Below, one piece after another: positions 55,891-64,000 of a stretch of 64,000 bases of DNA (its first letter is position 1; each line of letters opens with the position of its first letter). Below the pieces are notes generated by a model that was not told where the DNA came from, ran no database searches, and saw only the letters and a program-made list of their open reading frames with translations. The translations under genes were made by a program, and so were the position numbers. The DNA comes from Candidatus Omnitrophota bacterium (GTDB lineage Bacteria > Omnitrophota > Gorgyraeia > Zapsychrales > Fredricksoniimonadaceae): positions 3,834 through 67,833 of the forward strand of contig JAUSEK010000015.1 of NCBI GenBank assembly GCA_030650275.1, written 5' to 3'.

Positions 55891-57344
55891 GGCGCTCCCC
55901 CCAAACGCAATTGCCCCGACGCGTCCGTTTTCCAAAAATGCCCCTGCTGGTCCAGCATCCGCGAACGCACGTACAAAATCTTGCTGGCGCTGTCGAAACA
56001 GGTCCTGGCGATATTGTTGACGGAAAAACAGCCACCGCACACCTCGACAGCGGGCACTTCACTGGGCACGCCGATACCCCCACACATGCGCCCCGTGTCA
56101 TTGGACAATTGTATTTTCCGCTCGACTAAGTCCACCTGGTCCTTGCGGTTGACCGAGCGGATGAATTTTCCATCGAGATCATACGCCTTGCCCTGATTTA
56201 TCAAAAGATGATTGCCTTTGGCTGAACCAAAAGCCGGCTTGGTATAGATCGCCATATCATTCAAAAGCCCTACTTTGCCGACAGCGGCATCCGGACTGGT
56301 CATATCAAGGTCGCCTTCCTGGGAATCGAACACCACGGCCCCGGTGGCAATGCCATCGTCGTTATAATCCACCTGATAGATCGTTTCCTCCTGGCCGTCT
56401 CCGTCCACGTCAAAGGAAGGGTAGGAGCCATGGTCGGCATCAATGTGCAAGGGCTTACCGTCATCCTCATTATCGTCCATGGCCTGCACACCCCTCCACT
56501 GCCAGGTCATGTTCGCGTACAAAGACGAGGGGGGATCATTGGAAAGGTTGTCATCATGGTTGAGGTCAAAGCGTTCCGGCCCTGTCAAAAGCCCCGGACA
56601 CTGGCCGGAGGAAACACAAAACCTTTTTTCCAGGGCCTCCTGCCTGATCTCATCGCTGGCATCCTCACTGATCTCATTGCCGTCCTCCATGTTGACGACG
56701 GTTTGATAAAAGATCGGGCATCCGCGGCCACTTTTGCATGAAGAATCCCAACCGCCGCGCTGCGGCGGATCATGGACGATCGGCACAGGAGGGGCCGGGC
56801 CCTCGCAACCAGGGTCCTCCTCCGGACAGGAAAAGGAAACAGGGGCCACATAGGTTGTGGTCTCAACAAGTCCAGCTTTCGCGGAATGCACCGGACCGCC
56901 GCTGGAGCCCAAAAATCTTTTATACACAAGCCGCGCCATCGAGAAGGTGAAATGTTTACCGTTGATGAACATGTCCATAACGGGGACATGTCTGGGGTCC
57001 TGCAATTCCGACATGTCCATCGGATACATGAGCAGGTTGGTCATGCTGCCCGATCCCTGGGCCGTGAACGGCGCGCGCTCGGTGGATCCGTATTTGCCGA
57101 AATCCGGGCTCAACCGGTCTTCCAGATAAAGCATGGAAGGGCTGATGCGGCTGGTGTCGCCGGGAGTGCTTTTGGAGGACTGCACAAGGGCGTTGCGCAT
57201 GGCCTTTAAGGAGGCGTCCTGGCCCTGGCCCGAAGAAACCGCGGAACGGATGATGGCGCCCAGCACAAAAATGATGATGGCGCCGAAGATCGCCAGTTCT
57301 ATGACGGCCTGCCCTGAGCAATGTCGAAGGGCCTGTCCTTTCAA
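55887..57344 (-). CDS. 485-aa TadE-domain protein (TTG start; leader MKGQALRHCSGQAVIELAIFGAIIIFVLG) with a large Asp/Gly-rich C-terminal domain. Probably a minor pilin, adhesin or tip component.
   Basis: The N-terminus has the class III signal peptide motif GQAVIEL plus a TM helix. The C-terminal part is acidic, with DxDxDG-like stretches (…FDVDGDGQEETIYQVDYNDDGIATG…). Confidence 0.55.
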   Translation of the reverse strand: MKGQALRHCSGQAVIELAIFGAIIIFVLGAIIRSAVSSGQGQDASLKAMRNALVQSSKSTPGDTSRISPSMLYLEDRLSPDFGKYGSTERAPFTAQGSGSMTNLLMYPMDMSELQDPRHVPVMDMFINGKHFTFSMARLVYKRFLGSSGGPVHSAKAGLVETTTYVAPVSFSCPEEDPGCEGPAPPVPIVHDPPQRGGWDSSCKSGRGCPIFYQTVVNMEDGNEISEDASDEIRQEALEKRFCVSSGQCPGLLTGPERFDLNHDDNLSNDPPSSLYANMTWQWRGVQAMDDNEDDGKPLHIDADHGSYPSFDVDGDGQEETIYQVDYNDDGIATGAVVFDSQEGDLDMTSPDAAVGKVGLLNDMAIYTKPAFGSAKGNHLLINQGKAYDLDGKFIRSVNRKDQVDLVERKIQLSNDTGRMCGGIGVPSEVPAVEVCGGCFSVNNIARTCFDSASKILYVRSRMLDQQGHFWKTDASGQLRLGGAP

Positions 57345-57673
57345 AATGCACCGTCCTGACCGACTTGCATGTAACTGTTACGTTGTTCCGACGAGCGAGT
57401 GTTATCATTACGAAAGGTGGTATTGCTCAACGTCGTGATCGTTGTGTCGGATTCGGTGGCGGCTGTATATTGGGTGGTGGAATTGGTCTGCTGGGGATCA
57501 TACTGGTCGGCAAAATCGTCAACGGCGCTCTTCCATCTGCCTTGCATGCCGCGCTTGACATAACTGCTCATGCTCAAAAAGACCGCGATGATGATAATGG
57601 TCAGGACCGTGAACTCAAGTATGCTTTGCGCCCGGTGATCTCTGCGATGTCTTTGAAAATATTTGAACACCAT
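57341..57673 (-). CDS. TadE-like pseudopilin (…RAQSILEFTVLTIIIIAVFL…).
   Basis: 110 aa with a class III signal motif. It is stop-start coupled to the downstream gene. Confidence 0.5.
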   Translation of the reverse strand: MVFKYFQRHRRDHRAQSILEFTVLTIIIIAVFLSMSSYVKRGMQGRWKSAVDDFADQYDPQQTNSTTQYTAATESDTTITTLSNTTFRNDNTRSSEQRNSYMQVGQDGAF

Positions 57674-57711
57674 GCTTTCTCCGACTGTACGGGCGACCCG
57701 GCGGGTCGCCC

Positions 57712-58122
57712 CTACTGGTTCAATTTCCCGAGATTCGTCTGCGAATCGGACGTCGTATTCGTGGTCTCATTCACGGTAATATCGGCAACGCCGCCCCAGC
57801 CGGGCGTTACAACATTTTTGCTGACATGGCCCGTGACCTGTGTATTTGCCCCCACCAGATATCCCCCGGTCGCGCCCGGGTCATCGGCGTCCAGGAAATC
57901 CTGGTCGGCATTCTGTTGAGCGCCGATCTGGTCGGAGGTCACCTTCACCAAACTCTGCACGCCCCGCTTGAACAAAGGCCCCATATAAAAAAGCGCGACC
58001 GTGATGATCCCGATCAGAACAATATACTCAACGACGGTCTGGCCTTTATTTCCCATACCGGTCCCCGGCCGCGGCCCCGGGCGGAAGTTGTTCGCTATTG
58101 CTGGTCGTTTCAATGGTTTCAT
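57712..58122 (-). CDS. TadE-like pseudopilin. The probable start is ATG 58056 (MGNKGQTVVEYIVLIGIITVALF…).
   Basis: It has the GQTVVEY class III signal. The track ORF extends further 5' to 58122. Confidence 0.5.
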   Translation of the reverse strand: MKPLKRPAIANNFRPGPRPGTGMGNKGQTVVEYIVLIGIITVALFYMGPLFKRGVQSLVKVTSDQIGAQQNADQDFLDADDPGATGGYLVGANTQVTGHVSKNVVTPGWGGVADITVNETTNTTSDSQTNLGKLNQ

Positions 58123-58453
58123 TGGTTATTTTGCGAAATTGCCTGTCCGCGCCGCCGGCCAAGCCGGTCCTGACATCGCTGTTACGGCTGGTCCGGGAAT
58201 CGACTTTGCCGTAATACGGTTCATACTCGCGGGGAATGCCGCTTCCGCTGATCCCGGCCGCGGCCCTGCAATCAGGGCCGCATTCATTGGCGGCAACGTT
58301 GACCATATAATCTCTGCTGTCTTTGATCTTGGCCTGAATGGAGCGCTGGATATAGACCGTCATGGCCACGGCCGTGGCAACGACTAAAAAAAACGTCACC
58401 ACGTATTCGGGAAGGGAACTCTGGCCATTTTGGCCGTTTATGCCGCGCGCCAT
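58046..58453 (-). CDS. TadE-like pseudopilin (…GQSSLPEYVVTFFLVVATAVAMTV…).
   Basis: 135 aa with a class III signal-like N-terminus. Confidence 0.45.
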   Translation of the reverse strand: MARGINGQNGQSSLPEYVVTFFLVVATAVAMTVYIQRSIQAKIKDSRDYMVNVAANECGPDCRAAAGISGSGIPREYEPYYGKVDSRTSRNSDVRTGLAGGADRQFRKITNETIETTSNSEQLPPGAAAGDRYGK

Positions 58454-58466
58454 GAAGTTCTCCCAG

Positions 58467-58655
58467 CTATTGAGGGTTGGTCGCCCTCATCAGACGGTTG
58501 GCCATGTCCTCCATGCCATCGGTGGTTTTATTGATGGTATCGGAAAGTTTGTTCCGAAACGCCCCGCCGGGCCCGGTGAACAGGATGATCACCGCGATCA
58601 CCGCGGTGACCAACAAAATATACTCCACCGTGCTCTGGCCTTTTGTCTTCATCAT
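58467..58655 (-). CDS. flp: Flp-family type IVb pilin (MMKTKGQSTVEYILLVTAVIAVIILF…), 62 aa.
   Basis: A short product with the Flp motif G/QSTVEY and a hydrophobic helix. A GGGAG Shine-Dalgarno lies 8 nt upstream. Confidence 0.7.
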   Translation of the reverse strand: MMKTKGQSTVEYILLVTAVIAVIILFTGPGGAFRNKLSDTINKTTDGMEDMANRLMRATNPQ

Positions 58656-58702
58656 ACGCGCTCCCTACGATTTAGAAACCACTAAGGGACCCCCACCGGG
58701 GG

Positions 58703-59035
58703 TCATCTGCCCATATATTCCTGCTCGGTGTTGACGATCACCGATCTTTCCGACGTATTGGTGGTTTCGGGACCGATCAATCCGGTCGCGGAAACGCCCT
58801 GTCCGTCCACACCGAACGTCTCACGGCTCGTGCTGGACGTGTTGGTGGTCTTGATGACGTTGGTATTGCCCACCGAATACTGGTCGCCGATATCGTCGGC
58901 AGCGCTCTTTAAACGGCCCTGCACGCCGCGCTTGATGTAAAACTGGATGGACAACAGCGCGCCGATGATGATGACGGTCAGCACCGCGTATTCAAGGGTG
59001 CTTTGCCCTCTTTTTTGGCTAAAATAAGTCAACAT
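58703..59035 (-). CDS. TadE-like pseudopilin (…KRGQSTLEYAVLTVIIIGALL…).
   Basis: 110 aa with a class III signal motif. Confidence 0.5.
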   Translation of the reverse strand: MLTYFSQKRGQSTLEYAVLTVIIIGALLSIQFYIKRGVQGRLKSAADDIGDQYSVGNTNVIKTTNTSSTSRETFGVDGQGVSATGLIGPETTNTSERSVIVNTEQEYMGR

Positions 59036-59065
59036 AGAACATCCTCCTTAAGATACGATTTTATT

Positions 59066-59452
59066 TTAGTCGCCGCCGCCTGTCCCGTCGGTGCTGTACG
59101 TTGACTGCTGGGTACCGGTCCTGCTGCGGTTGGTCGTTGAGTCCGCGGCGACCAGACCCACGCCCTGACGCTTGTTCTCTTGGGCGTTACGGGTGCTGGT
59201 ATAATCGCTTTCCAGGTAATACGGTTCATACTGCGTTTGGTTGCCGATGGCGTTGGTCTGGCTGGCCAGATACTGGCTGGCATCGTGCATCCTTGCCTGC
59301 AAAGAACGCTGGGCATAGGTCTGCATCGCGATGACGCCCGCGACGACCAGGGCGATCAACAGCGCGTATTCCGCGGTGTTCTGCCCCGAGCGAAGTCGAG
59401 GGGTTTGTCCTCTGGTATTTTTAAATAAATTTCTAAACATATGTTCCTCCAT
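59066..59452 (-). CDS. TadE-like pseudopilin (…RSGQNTAEYALLIALVVAGVIAM…). An alternative start is ATG 59440.
   Basis: 128 aa with a class III signal motif. Confidence 0.5.
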   Translation of the reverse strand: MEEHMFRNLFKNTRGQTPRLRSGQNTAEYALLIALVVAGVIAMQTYAQRSLQARMHDASQYLASQTNAIGNQTQYEPYYLESDYTSTRNAQENKRQGVGLVAADSTTNRSRTGTQQSTYSTDGTGGGD

Positions 59453-59469
59453 TTATGGATGTTGTTTCT

Positions 59470-59724
59470 TTAAAATCCGGCCGTCGGGTCCACCGTGACG
59501 CCCGGCGCGGGAGTTACTCCGTTAGCGGTTGCCCCCTGGCTGTTCACCAAACGGTTGCTTATGCTCCCGATGCTGTCGGCGGTTGAGTTAAGGGTATTGC
59601 CCAAACGGCCCGTCAGTGCCGAATTCGGGCCGGTGGTAAAAAAGATCATCGCGCCGATGACCGCGGTCGCAAGCAAGATATACTCCACCGTGCTCTGACC
59701 TTTTGTCTTCATTTTCCTGAACAT
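59470..59724 (-). CDS. flp: Flp-family pilin (MFRKMKTKGQSTVEYILLATAVIGAMIFF…), 84 aa.
   Basis: It has the Flp motif and a perfect AGGAGG 7 nt upstream of the ATG at 59724. Its 5' end is near-identical to the flp gene at 58467-58655. Confidence 0.7.
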   Translation of the reverse strand: MFRKMKTKGQSTVEYILLATAVIGAMIFFTTGPNSALTGRLGNTLNSTADSIGSISNRLVNSQGATANGVTPAPGVTVDPTAGF

Positions 59725-59757
59725 ATAAATGCCTCCTGATGTATTTAAGATGCTTTG

Positions 59758-60015
59758 TTATTCGTTGGCGATCTCCTGCGTCACCGCCTTCTGGGTGGCC
59801 TGCACGGAACGGAACACGTAGGTGCTCATGGCCGCCATAGCAGCGGACACCAAGGCCACGACGATCGCGTATTCGATGAGATTTTGTCCTTTGATGTTCC
59901 TAAGGATCATCGCGGCTGCTCCTACATGAAAGATAAAGGAAGTATGCCATATAAAATAAGGGATGTCAACCCTTCGACCTAAAAATTCGCGTTGTTTTCC
60001 GACGCTATCTGACAC
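59758..60015 (-). CDS. flp: Flp-family pilin. The likely start is ATG 59910 (MILRNIKGQNLIEYAIVVALVSAAMAAM…).
   Basis: It has the GQNLIEY class III signal. The track ORF extends to 60015 and overlaps the upstream gene. Confidence 0.55.
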   Translation of the reverse strand: MSDSVGKQREFLGRRVDIPYFIWHTSFIFHVGAAAMILRNIKGQNLIEYAIVVALVSAAMAAMSTYVFRSVQATQKAVTQEIANE

Positions 60016-61295
60016 AGGACCCGGCGCCCGTTCTCATCGCGGATATTCAGGGCATTGACATTATCCGCGGCCTGCCGCAGAAAAGCAATGTGCGCATAAG
60101 AGGCAGGGGCCAGAAGGGTTATGTGTCTGCCCTGCTCAATAACCCCTTTAAGGGCCAAAACCGACTCAAAGGCATCCTGCCCAAAATCGGACGGGAAAAA
60201 GGCGCGCGCACGGGCTTGAAGCCGGGCCAAAACCCATGCCGGCTGGTCCGCAATATCCCCCCGCAAACTATCCGCCAGGGGGGACATGTTGATTTGAACC
60301 GGAGGATGGCGGTCTTTGAAGATACGCGCAATTTCATCATTTGATATATGTGGGCTAAAATTTGATAAAACTGACATATTCTTATCATATCCATCCATTT
60401 CTAGCCTTATATATCGTAATTTATGGTTATTCTGCTCCACTTCTAGATTTCTTGGCATTCCAAGAATGACATTCTTTTTTTGACGGGGGGAACAGGAAAA
60501 TTGAGCCAGGACAATTCCTCCTGCGCCCAACAAGGATGCCCGTGTCATGCCTTTACCAGCCACGCCCTCACAGGCCTGAAAAAAACTAAGGATCAAGGCG
60601 TCCGTAGCATTCTCCCCCAAGGAGCGTATGCATAAAGGATTGATATTATTAAGGATACAATCTGCGGTGTCCTGGATACAGCGCTCAATGCCTGCGGGAA
60701 AAATAGCCCTGCTAGGACCAAGGGCCTGAAAACGGCTGTCCATCTCAACACAAGAACCGTCTTCCAGATCGATCTTTAAACGTTCAACCACGGTGGATAT
60801 ATACTCCCATTCTTCTCGTAAGTTATTCAGATTTAATGACTTAATGTCTTCCAGTTTCTTGATCCCCCATACAGGACGGGGGAAAATATCCCAAAAAGTG
60901 GCTTTAATGAAAATCTCGCCCATGCGTTCCTGGACTTCGCCCCTGACCAACGGGCTGGGGGCTTGTTCCACAACACGCGGGGCCTGCTCTATGAGTTTTG
61001 GGGCAGGCGGTGGGGGTTGGAAGATCACGCCAGGCACGACATTGGCGAACAATTGCTGTTTCTTCTCCGGGGGGATCTGGAATTTGATCTTGGGTTTTCG
61101 GCCGCGAGGGATGACCACGCCATGTTCTTTTAAGACATCATGGACCGATGACTTAGAAACGACCTTTTGATGCCGTTCATGGACCAAGCCGGCGATCTCC
61201 CGGCAGGACAGACGGGGAGTTTCCTGTTTGCGTTCAATAATAAAGGAAACAACGTCTTCGGTGAGTTTATAAACAACGCCCATAGAAACCCCCAA
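59979..61295 (-). CDS. HTH-domain protein of unknown function. The N-terminal roughly 60 aa form a helix-turn-helix (…LSCREIAGLVHERHQKVVSKSSVHDVLKEHG…). The track start is TTG at 61295; ATG at 61283 is more likely.
   Basis: 438 aa with an N-terminal HTH. A 19-bp perfect palindrome sits immediately upstream (61297-61315). Confidence 0.45.
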   Translation of the reverse strand: MGVSMGVVYKLTEDVVSFIIERKQETPRLSCREIAGLVHERHQKVVSKSSVHDVLKEHGVVIPRGRKPKIKFQIPPEKKQQLFANVVPGVIFQPPPPAPKLIEQAPRVVEQAPSPLVRGEVQERMGEIFIKATFWDIFPRPVWGIKKLEDIKSLNLNNLREEWEYISTVVERLKIDLEDGSCVEMDSRFQALGPSRAIFPAGIERCIQDTADCILNNINPLCIRSLGENATDALILSFFQACEGVAGKGMTRASLLGAGGIVLAQFSCSPRQKKNVILGMPRNLEVEQNNHKLRYIRLEMDGYDKNMSVLSNFSPHISNDEIARIFKDRHPPVQINMSPLADSLRGDIADQPAWVLARLQARARAFFPSDFGQDAFESVLALKGVIEQGRHITLLAPASYAHIAFLRQAADNVNALNIRDENGRRVLCQIASENNANF

Positions 61296-61296
61296 T

Positions 61297-61315
61297 AATG
61301 TCCAGACTGGACATT
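61297..61315. promoter_or_regulatory. 19-bp perfect palindrome AATGTCCAGACTGGACATT immediately upstream of the HTH-protein gene. It is a candidate operator.
   Basis: Seen directly in the sequence. Confidence 0.4.
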
Positions 61316-61483
61316 TTCGTGGTGCGGGGCGCTGGTCCGGCGAATAAGCCGGACCGCTTAGCGCGCCTGCGAGCCAGTGAGCAGGCCGGGTTCCTTAATG
61401 TCCGCGCAGGAACGAGCACGGTGGGGGAAACCGAAGACAGGACCCGCCCTTAATAATTATTAGACATCATTTAAGATATTATT

Positions 61484-61825
61484 TCAACCGATTTGAATAT
61501 TATCGCCCATGTGTGTTTGGGAGGCGGCAATGGTGCCGGCAGAGGTCTCAATGGCGCTGTGGGCTTGCAGGAAGAATGGAGAAAATTGAAAAGGCCGGAT
61601 GTCGGGGCACAGGCCCACCGCCGTGTTCGCGCGGTCAATAAAAATGACGTCCAGCGGGAATTTCATGAACAGCATGTGGATGCTGCGGCAGGGGGTGATG
61701 ACCAGCGCTTCGCCGGAATTGAGCGCCCCGCGGCCCAGCAGTCCGGTCATGCGTTTGAGGGGAGTTTTCGCCAGCGAACCGGTCTCGGCGATCAGCGTGC
61801 CGCGGGTCAAATTACGGATGGTCAT
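61484..61825 (-). CDS. DUF192 (COG1430) family protein.
   Basis: The 113-aa product has the pattern …GLLGRGALNSGEALVITPCRSIHMLFMKFPLDVIFIDRANTAV…, which matches the DUF192 signature. It has an ATGA overlap with the upstream ATPase gene. Confidence 0.45.
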   Translation of the reverse strand: MTIRNLTRGTLIAETGSLAKTPLKRMTGLLGRGALNSGEALVITPCRSIHMLFMKFPLDVIFIDRANTAVGLCPDIRPFQFSPFFLQAHSAIETSAGTIAASQTHMGDNIQIG

Positions 61826-63978
61826 ACGTTAAAGACGGCCTTGGACAGCGGAATGCCTCTGGTCTGGAAGTCCTCGAAACATTTGGGCACAAAGCCGGTG
61901 GCGCTGTATTCGCCCAGCACCACGCCGTCGGCATTGATGCCTTTTTGTTTAAAAATGAATACGTCCTTGAGCTCCGGAAGGCCCTCGACTATTTTTCCGG
62001 TCAGCTCGGAGATCGCCGTGATCTTGCGCGACCCGTCGGAAAAACGGGAAATTTGGATAATGATGTTGATGGCGGAGGCCGCCATTTCATAAATGGCGCG
62101 GATGGGCAGTTCAATGCCGGAAAGAAGCACCATGGAGCTCATGCGCGAGAGCACATCGCGCGGGGAATTGGCGTGCAGGGTCGTCAAAGACCCGTCGTGG
62201 CCGGTGTTCATGGCCTGGAGCATGTCCAGGACTTCCGGGCCGCGGCATTCGCCGATGATGATGCGGTCGGGCCGCATGCGCAAGGTGTTGATGAACAGGT
62301 CCCGGATGGTCACGCGTCCGCGGCCTTCAATGTTGGGCGGCTTGGACTCCAGGCGCGCCCAATGACTTTTCACCAAACGCAGTTCCGCCGCGTCTTCAAT
62401 GGTGATGATGCGCTCATTGTCCGGAATGAATTGCGAAACGATATTGAGCAGTGTTGTCTTGCCCGCGCCGGTGCCGCCGGAAACGATCACGTTCTTGCGG
62501 CCGATGACGCAGGCGTTCAGAAAATCCACCATGGGCTGGGACAGGGAATGGAATTTATTTAAAAGGTCGTCAACGGTGTAGCGCTCCTGGGCAAACTTGC
62601 GGATGGTGATCATGGGCCCGCCCAGCGACAGCGGGGGGATGATGGCGTTGATGCGCGAGCCGTCGGGCAATCGGGCGTCCACCATCGGGGCGCTCTCGTC
62701 CACGCGCCGGCCCAGGGGAGCGATGATGCGGTCAATGGTGGCGCGCACCTGGTCGTTGGAAATGAAGCGCTTGTTGGTCAAAATGATCTTGCCGCGTTTC
62801 TCGACGAAGATCTCATCCTTGTTGTTGACCATGATGTCGTTGATCTCCGGGTCGGCCAGAAAATCCTCCAGCGGCCCCAGGCCGAGGGCTTCATTGACGA
62901 TCTCACGCACCAAACGCGAGCGCTCCTCATGCGAAGCGATGAAAGCGCCGGCGGCCTCGGCCAGCAATTCGGAAACGATCTTGGCCGCGGCCTTGCGGAT
63001 ATTGGCGGCCTGTGCCGGGTCGGAAAGCGCCTCGGGCGAGATCTTCTGCACGTTCATGCGCTCAACCAGACGCTGATGGATGGCTTTTTTAAGTTTGATG
63101 ACCTCGTCCTCTTCCTGCCTATAGATCGTGACGGGCGATGAGGATCCGGGGGCAATGCCGAATTTTTCCCAGAACTCATTGCCCTTCTGGGCCTGCGTGT
63201 CCGCCGCGCGCACCTTGATGACGTCCGAGGCCTGCACATACATGTCTTCAACTTCGAGTTTGCCGGCAATCTCAAAAAATGACTCGGACACGCGGGCTTT
63301 GGGGCTGTCCATGACGCAGGGGACCCCGCGGTTGAGCGCCAGGCCGACGGTCTTCCCGTCGGAGGGAACGAGGGCGAAAATGTCGCAGGCCAGCGCCGAC
63401 TTGACCTCCTGCCAGGCCACCCCGCCGCGGCTTTCAGCGCGGTTGAGAATGAGTTTGACCATCTTTAAAGGATAGTGCAGGCTCTGAAGGATGTCGAGCG
63501 TCGCCTTGACCTGATAAACAGCCAAAATGTCCGGCGTCGCGACGAGAAGAATTAAATTGGAAGAATCCAGAACGCTGATGAGCATTTCGCTGAAGGCGCT
63601 GCCGGCATCCACGACAATGTAATCATAGATCAACGCCGCCTTCTTTAAAAAAGGACGGATATTGTCGGCCGTGATGTGTCCGGTCTGGCGGATATGCGTG
63701 ACGCCGGGCAGGAACTCCAGGCCGCTGGCATGGCGCAGGACATAACCGCGGATGATGTCGGGTTTCTCGTCCTTTTCAACGGCCGCCAGAAGATCAACGA
63801 GGGATTGCGTGGGGACAAGATTGAGCATGCGGGCCATGTCCTGACCGGCCTGCACGTCCAGGTCCACGATCAGGGTTTTCTTGGCCTTAAGGGCCAGGGC
63901 GGTCGCGATGTTGACGCCGACAAAGGTCTTGCCGACGCCGCCTTTATTGCTGAAAACCGTTATGACTCTGCAGGACAT
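61822..63978 (-). CDS. tadZA: Fusion of a TadZ/CpaE-like ParA/MinD-type ATPase domain (N-terminal) and a TadA/CpaF secretion ATPase (C-terminal).
   Basis: A deviant Walker A motif ([13 protein letters not shown]) lies at residues 8-20. CpaF-type Walker A ([16 protein letters not shown]) and the helical/His-box region (…[32 protein letters not shown]…) are in the C-terminal half. An in-frame stop upstream at 63988-63990 fixes the ATG at 63978 as the first start. Confidence 0.8.
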   Translation of the reverse strand: MSCRVITVFSNKGGVGKTFVGVNIATALALKAKKTLIVDLDVQAGQDMARMLNLVPTQSLVDLLAAVEKDEKPDIIRGYVLRHASGLEFLPGVTHIRQTGHITADNIRPFLKKAALIYDYIVVDAGSAFSEMLISVLDSSNLILLVATPDILAVYQVKATLDILQSLHYPLKMVKLILNRAESRGGVAWQEVKSALACDIFALVPSDGKTVGLALNRGVPCVMDSPKARVSESFFEIAGKLEVEDMYVQASDVIKVRAADTQAQKGNEFWEKFGIAPGSSSPVTIYRQEEDEVIKLKKAIHQRLVERMNVQKISPEALSDPAQAANIRKAAAKIVSELLAEAAGAFIASHEERSRLVREIVNEALGLGPLEDFLADPEINDIMVNNKDEIFVEKRGKIILTNKRFISNDQVRATIDRIIAPLGRRVDESAPMVDARLPDGSRINAIIPPLSLGGPMITIRKFAQERYTVDDLLNKFHSLSQPMVDFLNACVIGRKNVIVSGGTGAGKTTLLNIVSQFIPDNERIITIEDAAELRLVKSHWARLESKPPNIEGRGRVTIRDLFINTLRMRPDRIIIGECRGPEVLDMLQAMNTGHDGSLTTLHANSPRDVLSRMSSMVLLSGIELPIRAIYEMAASAINIIIQISRFSDGSRKITAISELTGKIVEGLPELKDVFIFKQKGINADGVVLGEYSATGFVPKCFEDFQTRGIPLSKAVFNV

Positions 63979-64000
63979 AGGCTGTGATTACGAGGAGGAG

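Noticed and set aside
55639-56040. Long version of the TadE-like ORF (133 aa starting MRWLFFRQQ…).
   Set aside because: The first 50 codons overlap the upstream 485-aa gene. The internal ATG at 55890 gives a canonical stop-start (ATGA) junction and a proper prepilin leader.
60454-60471. Palindrome TTCTTGGCATTCCAAGAA inside the HTH-protein coding region.
   Set aside because: It is an isolated 7-bp-arm palindrome within a CDS with no obvious regulatory context. It is probably coincidental.
59979-61295. The HTH protein considered as an IS transposase, making the locus a mobile element.
   Set aside because: Only the N-terminal HTH resembles transposase HTHs. No DDE motif was recognised by eye and no flanking inverted repeats were seen. 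It is left as an HTH protein of unknown function.

Overview
Most of the window (1-48,368) is the 5' part of one giant gene on the minus strand, at least 16,100 codons, with its C-terminus beyond position 1. All coordinates below are on the plus strand.

What I checked in the giant gene. I hand-translated about 25 scattered stretches of minus frame 2 (about 6 kb in total) and all were open and protein-like. The ORF track lists no minus frame-2 ORF anywhere in 1-48,368, although it lists many in the other two frames. The remaining roughly 85% of the gene was read only quickly, so further frameshifts or stops cannot be excluded.

Domains read directly from translation, in N- to C-terminal order:
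- a signal-anchor helix and a C39-like cysteine-peptidase motif pair at the N-terminus;
- a Gly/Ala-rich hydrophobic stretch and a Pro6 linker;
- a glycine-zipper-like hydrophobic region;
- TPR-like repeats and a coiled coil;
- a clan GH-A (GH17/GH72-like) glycoside hydrolase domain;
- a GT48 (FKS/callose-synthase-like) beta-1,3-glucan synthase core, flanked by two clusters of transmembrane helices;
- two GalT-like HIT units, each with a CxxC zinc knuckle and an HxHxH motif;
- two NadD/cytidylyltransferase-like domains with an H-x-G-H type motif;
- a CBM48-like glycogen/starch-binding domain.

Frameshifts. Two local compensated frameshift pairs are visible. The first (47,28x and 47,64x) creates an in-frame TAA at 47,604-47,606 that cuts off the N-terminal 254 codons. 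The second (9,24x and 9,36x) leaves frame 2 open.

Rest of the window:
- 48,369-48,851: an AT-rich divergent control region with a 12-bp inverted repeat and GAATGGAA direct repeats.
- 48,852-50,290, plus strand: an AbiEi/AbiEii type IV toxin-antitoxin pair.
- 50,308-63,978, minus strand: a Tad/Flp pilus locus with TadC-like, TadB-like, at least nine small TadE/Flp pilin-domain genes including three Flp pilins, two large Cys-rich TadE-domain proteins (1032 and 485 aa), an HTH protein, a DUF192 protein and a TadZ(CpaE)-TadA(CpaF) fusion ATPase.

No rRNA, tRNA, CRISPR or transposase was recognised. No RcpA-like secretin or TadV prepilin peptidase lies within the window.

The candidate system is the giant glucan-active multidomain protein co-located with the Tad pilus locus.
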